Assembly (NCBI RefSeq): GCF_004010195.1
Contig: NW_025215219.1
Location: forward strand, 3,860-46,494
Length of the DNA stretch: 42,635 nt
Origin: Chiloscyllium plagiosum
Lineage: Eukaryota
Direction: 5' to 3'
Under the pieces are notes generated by a model, which made no database searches, was not told the origin of the DNA, and worked only from the letters and a program-made list of their open reading frames with translations. Below, one piece after another: positions 1 to 11,542 of the stretch (positions within the stretch are counted from its first letter, which is position 1; each line of letters begins with the position of its first letter). Position numbers and translations under genes: made by a program.

Positions 1-620
1 CTTCTAAACCGATTCACTGATTCAGATATTGTGAAAAGCTGCGGTCCAGGCATGTCGTACGTTTACAGATAAATATCTATTTATAATTAGTCTTTTTTTT
101 GTCTACCATACAGTTCTCGATCCGTGTCATTTCACCGCCCCCAATGTCACGAGTCGGAATGGTTTTATGCTAATCTATTCTGTAGGATTTATCAAAAGCC
201 ATTAGAAAAAGTCCAAGAAAACTACATCCACTGGTTCCTACTAATCAATGACACTGTTTGCATCCCCGAACAATTCCAATAGTTTTGTACAACATGATTT
301 CCCTTTTGACAATTCATGGTGATTCTGTATTATACTTCATTCTTTTCCACATGCTCAGTGAGTAAATGTTTCATAATGGGCTCCCGTAATTTGGCCAATG
401 CCAACATCAGGCTGACTGGTCTAAAATTCACAGTTTTGTCTCTGCGCCTCATTTTAAACATTGAGTCTACATTACCAAATCTGCAATCTGTAGGAACTAT
501 TCCAGAATCGATCGAATTTTGAAAAATGACCACTAATGTTTCCAAAGGTTTTTTTTGTTAATTCCTGAAGTATTCTGCGATATAGATTATTAATGTTTAT
601 GGACTTATCTGACTTTAATC
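1..620 (-). mobile_element. Degenerate CR1 LINE ORF2 (RT) fragment
   Basis: ORF 330..545 LVVIFQNSIDSGIVPTDCRFGNVDSMFK..NFRPVSLMLALAKLRE matches the CR1 RT motif LxIIFxxSLxxGxVPxDWRxANVxPxFKKG..NYRPVSL. Confidence 0.85.
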
Positions 621-1059
621 CCATAAAGTTTTCACAAGCCAACCATCCATATTCCTGTACTCAAATCCGCTCACTGAGTAAACCAACATACCACTTAACC
701 TCTTCACCACCTGCGTGCTTCTGTATTAGGACGTGCATGTCTCATGATGTCTCCGCACTTCCAATCTGTCACCATGCATATTCGATCCAACTTTAATTCA
801 TGAAATTTTCTCAAACTAAGGAAGATATCTGTGCTGCGACAAAAATCCGCTCACTGTGAAAACCAACATACCAGTTAACTTCATAAAACGAATTTTCTCA
901 ATTTCCTTCCTCCCTCTGTAGTCTGTGATCCTAGCATTTTCCTTAGTACAAAGATACAGAATGCAGCAAATATAGAAATGTCATTTCCTCTTACTGTCAG
1001 CGGTACTTTTCAATATGATTTCGACAAATCGAGTTTAGATACGAATGATGAACTGCAAA

Positions 1060-1200
1060 CCCTCTCTTTGTGACGACATTTAATGTCCTATAGTCCATGC
1101 ATAATCTAATTGAACTTTTTGGGGTGGAGGTTGGTTTGGAATCAATGCTACAGGAGAACTCCAATGACTCTGAGTGTACAATCAAGACGCCCTCTGTCCG
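1060..1200 (-). mobile_element. Gypsy RT relic
   Basis: Frameshifted WSSPVALIP...SIRLCMDYRTLNVVTK corresponds to the Gypsy RT motif WSSPxxLVPK..RLCxDYRxLN. Confidence 0.65.
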
Positions 1201-1304
1201 GTCTCTAGATTGTCATCAGTAATTTGCCTATTTTAGGTGGGTTGAATCACTCCCAAGAACATGTTTCGGCCATTGGACTGCCTTAGGAATACAAAAAGAA
1301 ATAT

Positions 1305-1514
1305 GGCAAACAGTTTAGCTCAGTTGGCTGGGCTGTTGGTTCACAGAACAGTATGATACCAACAGCGTGTATTTAATTCCCATTCCTGGTTTGAGGTTAA
1401 CATGAAGGAATCTCCTTCCTCACCGGAGCTTGGTGGCACTTCAAGTTGAACCACCACCACCAGTCGCTTCACCTAATAAGAGAGCAGCCTCTAAGGCATA
1501 TTAAAACTATGGCG
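1305..1514 (+). mobile_element. tRNA-derived SINE (copy also at ~42441-42635)
   Basis: A-box tagctcagttgg and degenerate B-box gtatttaattcc, followed by a body (ccaccaccagtc...gagagcagcc...ctatggcg) resembling a common shark SINE. Confidence 0.6.
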
Positions 1515-1799
1515 AAAACACGAAGAAAGCAAAAGTTCGATTGTTCTGGGCAAAAAAAATGTTCATTTAATGCACAAGGTCGGTATAATGCAAGATATAA
1601 AGGCAAATCTAATTATGCGAAGACAGTAATTAAATGCACGTTATACTCTATTAGAAGACAAACAGCAGTTTTAATCGCAGGAACATTCTTCAGGATTCCT
1701 ACTCTAAGGGCCCCATGAACTGACAACTCCTGCCATACCCTCCCTGACAGCTTGTTTGGAAACATTGGAAATTCAGGACTTTCAGCTCCCCACCGAGGG

Positions 1800-2260
1800 A
1801 AGTACCGTTTTAAAATGTGTACAATTTCCGATGGGCTCGCCTTCGATTCTCTTGCCTCCAAATAGCCCTGTGTTTGGAAGGTTTTGCTCTGATAGCGTCT
1901 GGTTGGCATATCAACTCTCGGATGTCTTTATTGAATGATGTTCTTGTTGGATTTCTCTAATCAGCATCTCTTTTCAGAGTTCGTAGTTTTTGGTTCTGAA
2001 GCTGTTGGGTAGGCTTGGAACCTGTGGTGAAGCTCTTTATATAAAAAAAATGTTGTTGGAAAGTCTGTCCGTCAGGTCACATGAGTGCTAATGGTTTATA
2101 GCCCCGTTTTGTACCCTCAAATCTATGTCGTCCAATTTGTTTCTGGTATTCTCCTGAAGGTCAATTGGCTTCCTGACAATTAATATGTGCGAATGCATTT
2201 TGATTGACGCTGAATGCCCGATGCCTTTGCGAATGAATCTTGATTGAGTTGAGTGTCCAT
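1800..2260 (-). mobile_element. Very degenerate Penelope-like C-terminal/GIY-YIG relic
   Basis: Fragments across frames such as SKTFQTQGYLEARES (cf. AKxxxAREFLEAWHS) and RFIRKGIG (cf. LPYIKG). Weak similarity. Confidence 0.35.
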
Positions 2261-2689
2261 TATCAACATAGGTTCAAAAAGGCCATTATATATAATGTGA
2301 GGCGTAACAGTCAGTTTCAGTCTAGAATGTTAGGCATAGTTGATTTCTGGTGGAGCTGTGAATTGGAAATCAAGGGAGAACAATGGTTCCAGGCAGCCTT
2401 CTATATGTCTGTGTGTTTTTTTCCAGAGCTCAGCCCAGCTGCTTCTATGTTATTCAAAATCCTTGGTTTTAGATTAGAGGGATGTTTTGCTCAACCGACA
2501 CGGGAGAAATACAATTACTCTGACAGTTCAATCATTTCATTGGCCAATAAGTTTGAACTTCATTTATTATTTTGCCCTGTTTCTCCAGTTTTTAACAAAA
2601 TGGGTTTTGTTTATTTGGGACTGAATTACCTACATCCGCTTCATATTCGATTAATGTGGTACATCCAAGTGTTTATTTAAAAGACAATA

Positions 2690-3190
2690 CATCGGTGTAG
2701 CATTAGACCTTTGGACCATCGAGTCGGCTCTCCCATTCTGCCATATTTGATTTATTTGTCACCCCCATTCTCCGACCTTCTTTTCATTATGTTTGAACCC
2801 ATTACCAATCAAGAACCTATCTGTTTCTGCCTGAAATACACAGAAATTGGTCTTTGCAGCCCTCTTCAGTAATGTGTTTCACAGATTTCCCAGTTGCTGG
2901 CTGAATAAATTCCTCATAATCTCAGTTCCTAACGGTGGTCCTATCACTCAGAACCTGTGCCCTTATATTCTCGTCTGTCTGAGTCGTGGAAATATCTTCT
3001 ACATGTCTACTTAATTCAGGCCTCTCAGTAATCTATAAATTTGAATGAGATTCCGCCTCATCCTTCTAAACTCCACTGAGTACAGAACGAGCACAGACGT
3101 CAGCCACTGCTCATATAAACGTCTTTCATTCTCTGAGCAATCTTTCGCTGAGCCTCTGTTTATCTTTCTCCAGATGCAAAAGTACGGTGT
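2690..3190 (-). mobile_element. CR1 LINE 3' end
   Basis: gaccatcgagtcggctctcccattc...cccccattctcc...gaataaattcctcataatctcag is typical of the reverse complement of a shark CR1 3' end. Confidence 0.65.
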
Positions 3191-3419
3191 CTGAATTCTC
3201 TACCATTTATGAGTTTGTTCATCTAACAGGAGGAAATTCATTTTGGGAATTGCCCATTTCTCTTTGACTGTCCTGCCAATACTCATCCACTTCTGCACTA
3301 CACTCACTACTTGACACACCTAAACACGACAGAATGGTTCCTCAAAAACTGGGAAATGGATTAACGATGCTTCTTTCAACTCATGATGAGGTTTACCTAC
3401 AGCTTGACAAGTTTTTTTA

Positions 3420-4860
3420 ATTCATTCAATTAGGTGGATGCGGGCGTTCCCGGGCTAATATTATTTGCTCGCCATATTTTGCCCTTGAGAAACTGACTTC
3501 ATGAACTGCTGCAGTCCACCCGGTGTGGGTTTAACCACGATGCCATTAGGGAGGCAATTCCAAAATTTGGGCGCAGCAACAAAGAAGTAATGACAATATA
3601 ATTTCAAGACAGTTATATGAGTAGCTTGCGGGAGAATCTGAACGTGGTGGGGTTTGCCTCTACCTGCTGACCTTGTCCTTCGAGATGGAAGTTGTGGGAT
3701 GCGAAAGTGTTGTCTGAGGATCTTTGTTGAATTTCTGTCGTGCGTCTTGTAGATAGCACACACTGCTGCTACAGAGCGTCAGTGGTGGAGGGAACGGATG
3801 CTTGTGAATGCAGTTTCAGTCAAGTGGGTCCCTTTGTACAGGATGCCACCAAGCTTCTTGAGCGGTACTGGGGGCTGAACTCGTCCAGGCAAGTGCAGAG
3901 CAATCCATCACACACATAACATGTACCCTGTCGACGTTGGTGAGAGTTTCAGGAATCAAGAGGTTAATTGTCAAAATATTTCTTGCCTCAGACCTACACT
4001 TCTTTTTATGTGGTGATTCCAGTTGAGTTTCAAATCAACGGGAACTCCCACTAAGGGATACAGTTTTGATAATACAAATGAATGTCGGGGGGTGGTGGTT
4101 AAAGTGTCTCTTATTGGTGATGGACGTTGACTGGTATTCATGTAGCGCAAGTGTTAGTTGCCAGTTGTCAGCCGAAGCCTTGGATATTATCCAGATATTG
4201 TTGCATTTGGACACAGAAGGCTTCACTATCGGAGGAATGGAAAATGGTGCTGAACATTGTGCAATCATTGGTAACAATACCAACTTATGATGGTGGGAAG
4301 GTCATTGATAAATCAGCTGAAAATGCCCCGAGGAACACGTGTAGAGATGTCGTGGAGCTGAGATAACTCAGCTCCAACAATTACGGCCATCATCCTTTCC
4401 GTCAGGTATGACTTGAAACACCGGAATATTTATCCCGAAAACAATTGATTCTAGTTTTTCTGTTGATCCTTGACGCCTCACTCAGTCGAATGAAGGGCTG
4501 TCACTCTCAACTCATCTCTTAAAATCAGTTTGAACAGAGGATGAAATTAATTCAAGACTGATTTGCATTGGCCGAACCCAAATTGAGCGTCACTGAGCAG
4601 GTTATTGATGAGCAGGTGCTGCTTGATTCTGGTGTTGATTACTCCGTTCATCACATTAATGACGGTCGAGTGTAGTTTGATGGGCTATAATTGGCCTGTA
4701 TGGATTTATCCTACTTCGTATGTACAGGACATACGAGAGCAATTGCCCACTTCCTCAGTTCAGGATTAAAGTTCTAATTGTACTGGAAGTGTTTGGCTCG
4801 GGGAGTAACAATTTCTCGAGTAGAAGTCCTCAGTGCTGTTACCGTCATGCTGTCAGTGTC
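3420..4860 (-). mobile_element. CR1/L2-clade LINE (family B), 3' half of RT and 3' UTR
   Basis: Same family as the + strand element at 15760-20480. Minus strand shows an RT core region (FINDLP..VG...NDCT) and 3' region HxWRSVAAVCAIYKTH. Confidence 0.8.
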
Positions 4861-5334
4861 TGTAGGTGCGTTTCCCCGACAGGGAGAGAAGAATCAGTAT
4901 GCAGGCAGAACTCTGTAAATTGGAGGTTAATTCATGTGGAAACCAGTTCAATCACGTAGAATGCCAAATGGTCTTACCTGAACCTGAGCTCGACATGCAA
5001 ACTCAGTTATACATTTCATTTTTAGCTAGGATTCAAAGATAGATCAATGACACACTCTAACCTGTACAGTGCTAAAGCAGCATTTATTTTAATACACTTC
5101 TATATTACAATAATAACATACAATGTATTTACAGCGCTTCACTCCTAATTCATGCAACCAACTTGTAAAAATCCTAATCAATGCAGCGAATCTCTATGGT
5201 GAGCCTCAGTTTCCTATGACTTCATGGTGTTTATTAGGTAGTAAATCTCGAGACCTTGAGGTCTTCCTCTGGATCTTATTCATTCGCGTTCTGAAGTGAC
5301 TGGCTGTACTCCCTCAGATACGTTATGAAGCGTT

Positions 5335-5338
<4 letters not shown>

Positions 5339-5372
<34 letters not shown>
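5339..5372. repeat. (TA)17 microsatellite
   Basis: Direct reading. Confidence 0.98.
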
Positions 5373-5374
<2 letters not shown>

Positions 5375-7045
5375 CCACATCTTGCAGCTGGTCTTTATCC
5401 TTTTATTGGCGTAATCGTTTTTTTCGTTCGTGCGCTGAGAATATTTGCTTGTTTGTTCCTGAGCATGTTCTTAATATAACTGTCCAGGACGGCTGCTGCT
5501 TAAGACTCACTTTACTGGCTTTAGTGTAGTTTTCTTCAAAGGTATCATTGTTTCCTTTACTTAAAGACATGGACAGACTGTTCGTCTCGTTTATCCCTTC
5601 ACATCCATCTTCTAATCCGAAAGCATGCTGCCTCTTTCTGTTTGTCAGCCAATTTGTGTGCGAAGACATGGCGCATTTTATTAGACGCGCGTACATGTCA
5701 GCCGACAACCTGCTACAACCGAAATGACTCCATGCAGAAAACAACTCAAAGGTGTCAATTTGTGACCAGTGCTTAACTAAAGCGAACCTCAGATTAGAAC
5801 GAGTCCTCATTTCCTGAAATCATCCAATTGAAAATATATATTTTTGTGAGAACCACATGCGTTTCAGCTGATGTGAATGGAATCTTGTAATTAGCAATAA
5901 TGTAAGTAGTCGGACGCTTCAGTTCCGTAGCCATATTTTTGGACTGGCTCGTCCACCTCTCTTTTCACTTCAAACAAAACTTAACCGATTCTTGTCTACG
6001 TAATGTTCTCCAGTCCCAAGAGTAATACACACTCCACTAATATCCCCGGGCCTTCAGAAGCCTTGTTACATTTGTAACGTCCACCGGACTGTTAAGCCAT
6101 TCTGAATTCTGCCCAGAATTATTTTCCATCTTTTCATAGTGGCAAGTTAAATAACAGAGTAAATATATTAAAACAGGCCAGGTGTACCAATCATACTGGA
6201 GATTTAGCAGCTGAGTGACCAGGATAGCGAATTGGAAATTGAAGGATTATAAACATATATACAGGTAGGGTAAACAGGCCAAGATGTGAAGTCGATTTGT
6301 GCATAAAGGATATGATCAATAGTTGTGAAAGTATTCAATTTTCATACTGCTCTTCCCAGCCATGGGTCCTCATCCTGATGCATCGATCCTGTCAGACAGT
6401 GGTAACAGCACTTGTAACAGCCTCAATGGGCAGATTGGTCTCCTCATGTTGCTGTCTAACAGGCTCAAGCGCTGAACGGAACACTCCTGTTCATGTGTTG
6501 GAAACTTTGGAGGCTGAATGACCATCTCCTCAAATGCAACAATCACGGTAGGCTGGATGAACTACTGCCTGTTCTTCTGTAAAAGGCTCGGGAGCTGAAT
6601 GACCTACTCGTCTTCGTGTCTAACAGGATTGTAGCAGATTTTGGCTCTCCAGCCAAAGCTCCCTGGTCCGAACATTATTTTTCTTTTCTTCCTATATTTT
6701 CCTTCTTTTCTCCATTTTTATTCAATTGCACTTACCCGAAGGTAAGGGACGAGTTGAGAGCACTGGGGCCGAAACCCAGAGTGGGGGCCAGCACAGGGAA
6801 TCAGTCTCGGAAAAGAGGCTGGCGCAAGAAATTGAGTCAGAGCAGAGGCTTGTGAGGAGAACCCAATCCTGGAGAAAACTTATTTGGAGCAGCTGAGAAC
6901 CAGACTGAAGGCTTGAAGCGGACTGGTGACTGTTGCTTTGAATTGGATCTGGTGCTGTCGATCTGAACACATGTGGAAACCCTGCGCTGAGCTACTGCAA
7001 TGTAGAATTAATTCGTAATTTGTCTTTCTGACTGTAAGTTCCACC

Positions 7046-7199
7046 ATGCTAATCTATTCTGTAGGATTTATCAAAAGCCATTAGAAAAAGTCCAAGAAAA
7101 CTACATCCACTGGTTCCTCCTAATCATTGACACTGTTTGCATCCCAGAACAATTCCAATAGTTTTGTACAACATGATTTCCCTTTTGATAATTCATGGT
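7046..7199 (+). repeat. Direct copy of 167-320
   Basis: atgctaatctattctgtagg...aattcatggt is near-identical in both places. Confidence 0.95.
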
Positions 7200-7756
7200 C
7201 AACGTCCATCACCAATAAGAGAAACTTTAACCACCACCCCCGGACATTCAATTGTATTATCAAAACTGTATCCCTTAGTGGGAGTTCCCGTTGATTTGAA
7301 ACTCAACTGGAGTCACCACATAAAAAGAAGTGTCGGTCTGAGGCAAGAAATATTTCGACAATTAACCTCTTGATTACTAAAACCCTCACCAACGTCGACA
7401 GGGTACATGTTATGTGTGTGATGGATTGCTCTGCACTTGCCTGGACGAGTTCAGCCCCCGGTACCACTCAAGAAGCTTAGTGGCATCCTGTACAAAGGGA
7501 CCCACTTGACTGAAACTGCATCCACAAGCATCCGTTCCCTCCACCACTGGCGCTCTGTAGCAGCAGCGTGTGCTATCTACAAGACGCACGACAGAAATTC
7601 AACAAAGATCCTCAGACAACACTTTCCGATCCCACGACAACTTCCATCTCGAAGGACAAGGTCAGCAGGTCGAGGCAAACGCCACCACGTTCAGATTCTC
7701 CCGCAAGCCAGTCATATAACTGTCTTGAAATTATATTGTCGTTACTTCTTTGTTGC
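7198..7756 (+). repeat. Inverted near-identical copy of 3576-4131 (LINE family B segment)
   Basis: ORFs 3461..3763(-) and 7437..7763(+) share CAIYKTHDRNSTKILRQHF..RRTRSAGRGK. DNA is about 96% identical in inverted orientation. Confidence 0.95.
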
Positions 7757-8569
7757 ATCTTAATCCAATGACCAAGTGAATCCAACATTTGTCAATAAAG
7801 GATACTCAATAAGGGATATTCTAATAAATGATGATCAAACTCTAACAAAATACAGAGGCAGGATGAAATCCTCCTGTAACTCTGTAAGAGTCTCGAGGTA
7901 TTAAATGACACAGCAACCAGGTATTTGGAGCAGCTGTTCAACTCTCACTTACGGTGGTCCCTTCTTTCTCAGTTACCCAAACACAAGCAACACAATGTAC
8001 TCCAAGTGTTCTCTCAGCGAGACCCAGAAACGCTGCAGTAGCTTTTCCGAATGTTTTCAATCATTGCTTTTGGAAAATGTGTGAATATTCCAGTTTTCCA
8101 CCTCTCCAAGTGGGGTAAGCTCGAATGGTGTCCGCCTTTCCGTCTGGGAAAAGCACAGTGGGGTCGAAATGCTGCCCTCTGTTCCCGAGCAGTAGTCACA
8201 ATGCTTTGAATTATGTCTGAATGTTCTGAACTATTTGATTATAGTGCACTTAAAAATAGGAGCTGTCTTACACAAAGTCAATGAACACAAGATTTTGTTA
8301 CCCTCGGTTATGCATTTGAAAAAGTCACCCCACTTATCCTTTTATGCAGCTCGACTGTTACTTTATCCCTGTCATATTTTATATACAGTATGGAACATAT
8401 ACAACCCTGCACTGTTCTGGCTCTACTCCCACATATAAGGAAGAAAAATGAAAATGCTTGAACGATTTAAAGTCCATCCCTTAGCAAAACTCAACGATTG
8501 CATCTGGACCGAGGAAATGTAACCTTTTACGTGATATGAAAAGCGATGTAAGGAAGGGGTTAACTGATC

Positions 8570-8584
8570 TGTTTGTTTGGTAAC
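8570..8584. promoter_or_regulatory. Forkhead-type site TGTTTGTTT followed by an X-box half-site GGTAAC
   Basis: tgtttgtttggtaac: reverse complement ACAAACA fits forkhead RYMAAYA, and GGTAAC fits the RFX half-site RGYAAC. About 200 bp upstream of the GPCR ATG. Confidence 0.45.
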
Positions 8585-8598
8585 TGTGATTAATGTCA

Positions 8599-8612
8599 GT
8601 TTCCATGGATAC
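8599..8612. promoter_or_regulatory. RFX X-box GTTTCCATGGATAC (reverse complement GTATCCATGGAAAC)
   Basis: The reverse complement matches the 14-bp X-box consensus GTHNYY-AT-RRNAAC exactly. Lies 168-181 bp upstream of the ATG at 8780. Confidence 0.6.
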
Positions 8613-8779
8613 TAATTATTCATGTGAACGGTTTCGAGTTTTTAATGATAAACGGGTGACGTTCAAAGTGTTTTCCCATACTATGAGCGTGAGCATAACC
8701 TAACAGAGAGCAGCGGCTCCATCGAGAAAGGGAGGGAAGAGATCAGAATCTGGGAAAATTGTACTCAGATATACTAACA

Positions 8780-8960
8780 ATGGGTCAGAATGTGAGAACA
8801 ATAGACTGGAATGTTGCAACAATGGACAGGAGTTTGACCTGGGATGTTTGGTACCTTTCTACATATTATGGTGGAATGTCATTATCGATGCGGATCCAAT
8901 ATGTACTTGCGATTATTCAATATATTTATTATCCTATTCTGGCTATTGTTGGTATCCCTG
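8780..8960 (+). CDS. First coding exon of a GPR139-like class A GPCR (N-terminus plus first half of TM1); second exon not found in window
   Basis: MGQNVRTIDWNVATMDRSLTWDVWYLSTYYGGMSLSMRIQYVLAIIQYIYYPILAIVGIP plus 1 nt, then a canonical G|GTAAGT phase-1 donor at 8961. YYPILAIVGIP resembles GPR139 YYSLLLCLGLP, whose intron I recall at the same position and phase. Kozak-like acaATGg. Confidence 0.85.
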
Positions 8961-9242
8961 GTAAGTCTCACTGTCATGTTATTTTTCTGTCCACATGTGT
9001 GATTTTATTACTGTTCCGTTTATGTACTGTGCATTCCTTGCCACTATTACACTTCTTGTTGACTCTCTGAATTCAGACATTCACTCCACAAACCACTGCT
9101 AACCGTATCATTGACCTTGTTTATTCACGCTCCACCTCATTGATTCTCGCAGTGTCCACCATGGGACACGATGTTTACCAAATCATTCTCAGCTGAAAAC
9201 GTTGCACAATTGTATCACTGTTCTTATTATTTAAATATCGAT

Positions 9243-9418
9243 TTAAAAATCACAAAACACCAGGTTATAGTCCAATAGGTAAATTGGATGCACACTAGAT
9301 TTCGGAGCGTCTCTTCGAAAGCTAGTGTGCTTCCAATTAAATCTGTTGGACGAGAACCTGGTGTTGTGCGATTTTTAACTTTGTACACTCAAGTCCAACA
9401 CTGGCACCTCCCAAGTCT
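9243..9418. mobile_element. Collapsed fold-back Penelope-like terminal element (family P1)
   Basis: ttaaaaatcac..caccaggttatagtccaa... is inverted about ttcggagcgtctcttcgaaag. Same family as 11543, 16514 and 18418. Confidence 0.8.
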
Positions 9419-11542
9419 TAAATATCGAGAACTTTGAACTCACTGTCTTCTACTCTGATCACAAACGAGATTTTCTTCCTCTGGCTCCATCTCATCCCTG
9501 GACAATATCTGAGGATGAAACACACGAATCGCTACTGTTGTTATCACATTGGCCATAACCTGATAATTTCTACTTCTTACAATTCACACGTTCCCATATA
9601 CGTTATGGGCTAATCCCATCTGCTATTTGACCATTCAGCTACGGAATATAACCTTAATGATGCCAATATTCTGACACAACTGAATCTCAATACTGACACA
9701 AGAAAATATTAGTCGATACTCCACGTTGTGTAACGGACATCACGCTAAAATTACATCTAGTTGAAAGTATAGACGCAATGTACTGTCAAAGTTTGCAATG
9801 CTCCCCATGCTGAGCAGATAGGCCAGTTTACTGAGAAGTGCGCGAGCATCGTCAGCACAGCTATCCATGGTGGGCTGTCATCTTGCCTCAGTGTTTGGTA
9901 TTTGATCTGTTTATGTGAGGCAGACTAAGAATTTGATGGAACGCACCATTTCGACTGAACTGGTAATGCCTTTATTCAAACTTAATGTGATTTGGAACCT
10001 TAAACATCTCACTCCTCAAGGAAGTCTCAATCAACGGTACCTTTTCCCTTGCTTTTTCTAGAAATTGTTCAGTCAATTGTTTGTTTCTAATTTAATCTGA
10101 ACCTCCCCATTTAAGTAACGACTGCCTTTTACGCTGCATGAAAACAAGGGCAGGTTATGTTTCGTAATATATTCTACATTCCAAACTATTTTACGTTGAA
10201 TTTACCTGTTTATATCTATTATCAGATTCTCTGTCTTCGCTTGATAATTTAATTTTCTATTTATTTTGACGCCATCGTCAAACATAGTGATAATGGATCA
10301 ATTCCACTCCTCCAAATCATTGATATAAATTGCAGCACTCGACACTGTGTGACTCCCCTGGTTATGTTCAGTCAAATTGTCAAGAATAATATATCCCGAG
10401 TGTCCGTTTCTTAATTGACATCTAGTCCTCGGCTCAAGGGTCCAGATGACCTATTCCAACGCCAGTTTCTGAGCAAGTCTACTATGAGGTACGTTGTAAC
10501 ATACTTTAGTATCTCCATGTCGACAACATACACGGCCGTACCACTGTCAATCACCATCGTCACTTCCTCAAAGAACTCAATCAAGTGTGTGAGACTGCTT
10601 CACATAAAGTCATGCTGGCTAACTGTAATAAGGCAGTTAAGAGTTATAATGGAGAGACATGAAAATAAAAGTGCTGCCATAATCAGATCAACCATGATCC
10701 TATCAAATGATGCAGCAAGCTGAGGGATGGAATAGCCTACTACGAATTCATACAGAAACAAGTTTTACTGATTTTAATAATAGGTGTACGATTCTTAGTA
10801 TACACTGTGCGAATCTGTAGCCCAATATTCAGATCCCAATAATACAGAGAACAGAGACCATGACAGCGCAGTACAGGCCGTTCTGCCGTCGATGTTGTGC
10901 CGTCAGGAGGAACCAATCTGAAGCCCATCTATTCTCTACAATTCTGTTTCCATCAATATATTTATCGAATGAAGACTTAAATGTTCTTAAAGTTGACGAG
11001 CCTTCTGCTATTGCAGGCCGTGCATTCCACGCTCTGACGACTCCGCGAGTAAAGAAACAACCTCTGACATGTGTATTGAATCTATCACCACCCAATGCAA
11101 AGCTATGTCCCCTCACTATCGGAGCAAAATGGCTCTCACGATCTACCTATCTACACCTTTGATTATCTTATATGTCTCATTTAAGAAACCTCTCGACCTT
11201 CTTCTCTCTAACGAAACCGGCGTCAAGTCCCAAGTCCTTTCCTCAAAAGACCTTCCATCCATTGCAGGTTACATTTGTCGTAAACCTCCTCTGAACCCTT
11301 TCCAAAGCTGCCACAACATTCCGATGATGTGGTTACCAGAACTGTAGGCAATACTCTAAATGTGGCTGCACCAGAGCCACTCAATGCTTCTATCAATAAA
11401 AGCTACGCATGGTATGCCTTCTGAACATCCCGATCAAACTGGTGGCAAATAAATCAGGGATCTATGTATTTAGACACCGAGGCATGCCTGCCAATCTTCA
11501 CTGACAAGAATGTTACCATGAGCGCAGTACTCTTTATTCCTG

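Larger units (their letters stand above)
1..1498 (+). repeat. Copy 1 of a long direct duplication (homologous to 40990-42635)
   Basis: Starts cttctaaaccgattcactgattcagatattg, identical to 40990 onward. Colinear to gagagcagcctcta.ggca at the window end, roughly 95% identical by eye. Confidence 0.97.

Noticed and set aside
611..882. Diverged ~95-bp repeat pair (611-700, 790-882) as a functional element
   Set aside because: It lies at the edge of a CR1 relic and looks like an old local duplication with no further signal.
2240..2680. 146-aa hydrophobic ORF as a possible GPCR exon 2
   Set aside because: No class A GPCR motifs, non-ATG start, and it lies upstream of exon 1.
5403..5810. 135-aa ORF
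   Set aside because: No recognisable motif, lies in a putative LTR-like repeat, and its length is compatible with chance.
8759..9070. 103-aa single-exon membrane protein as given by the ORF track
   Set aside because: The TTG start is unlikely in a vertebrate, and everything after 8960 is read-through past a canonical GTAAGT donor.
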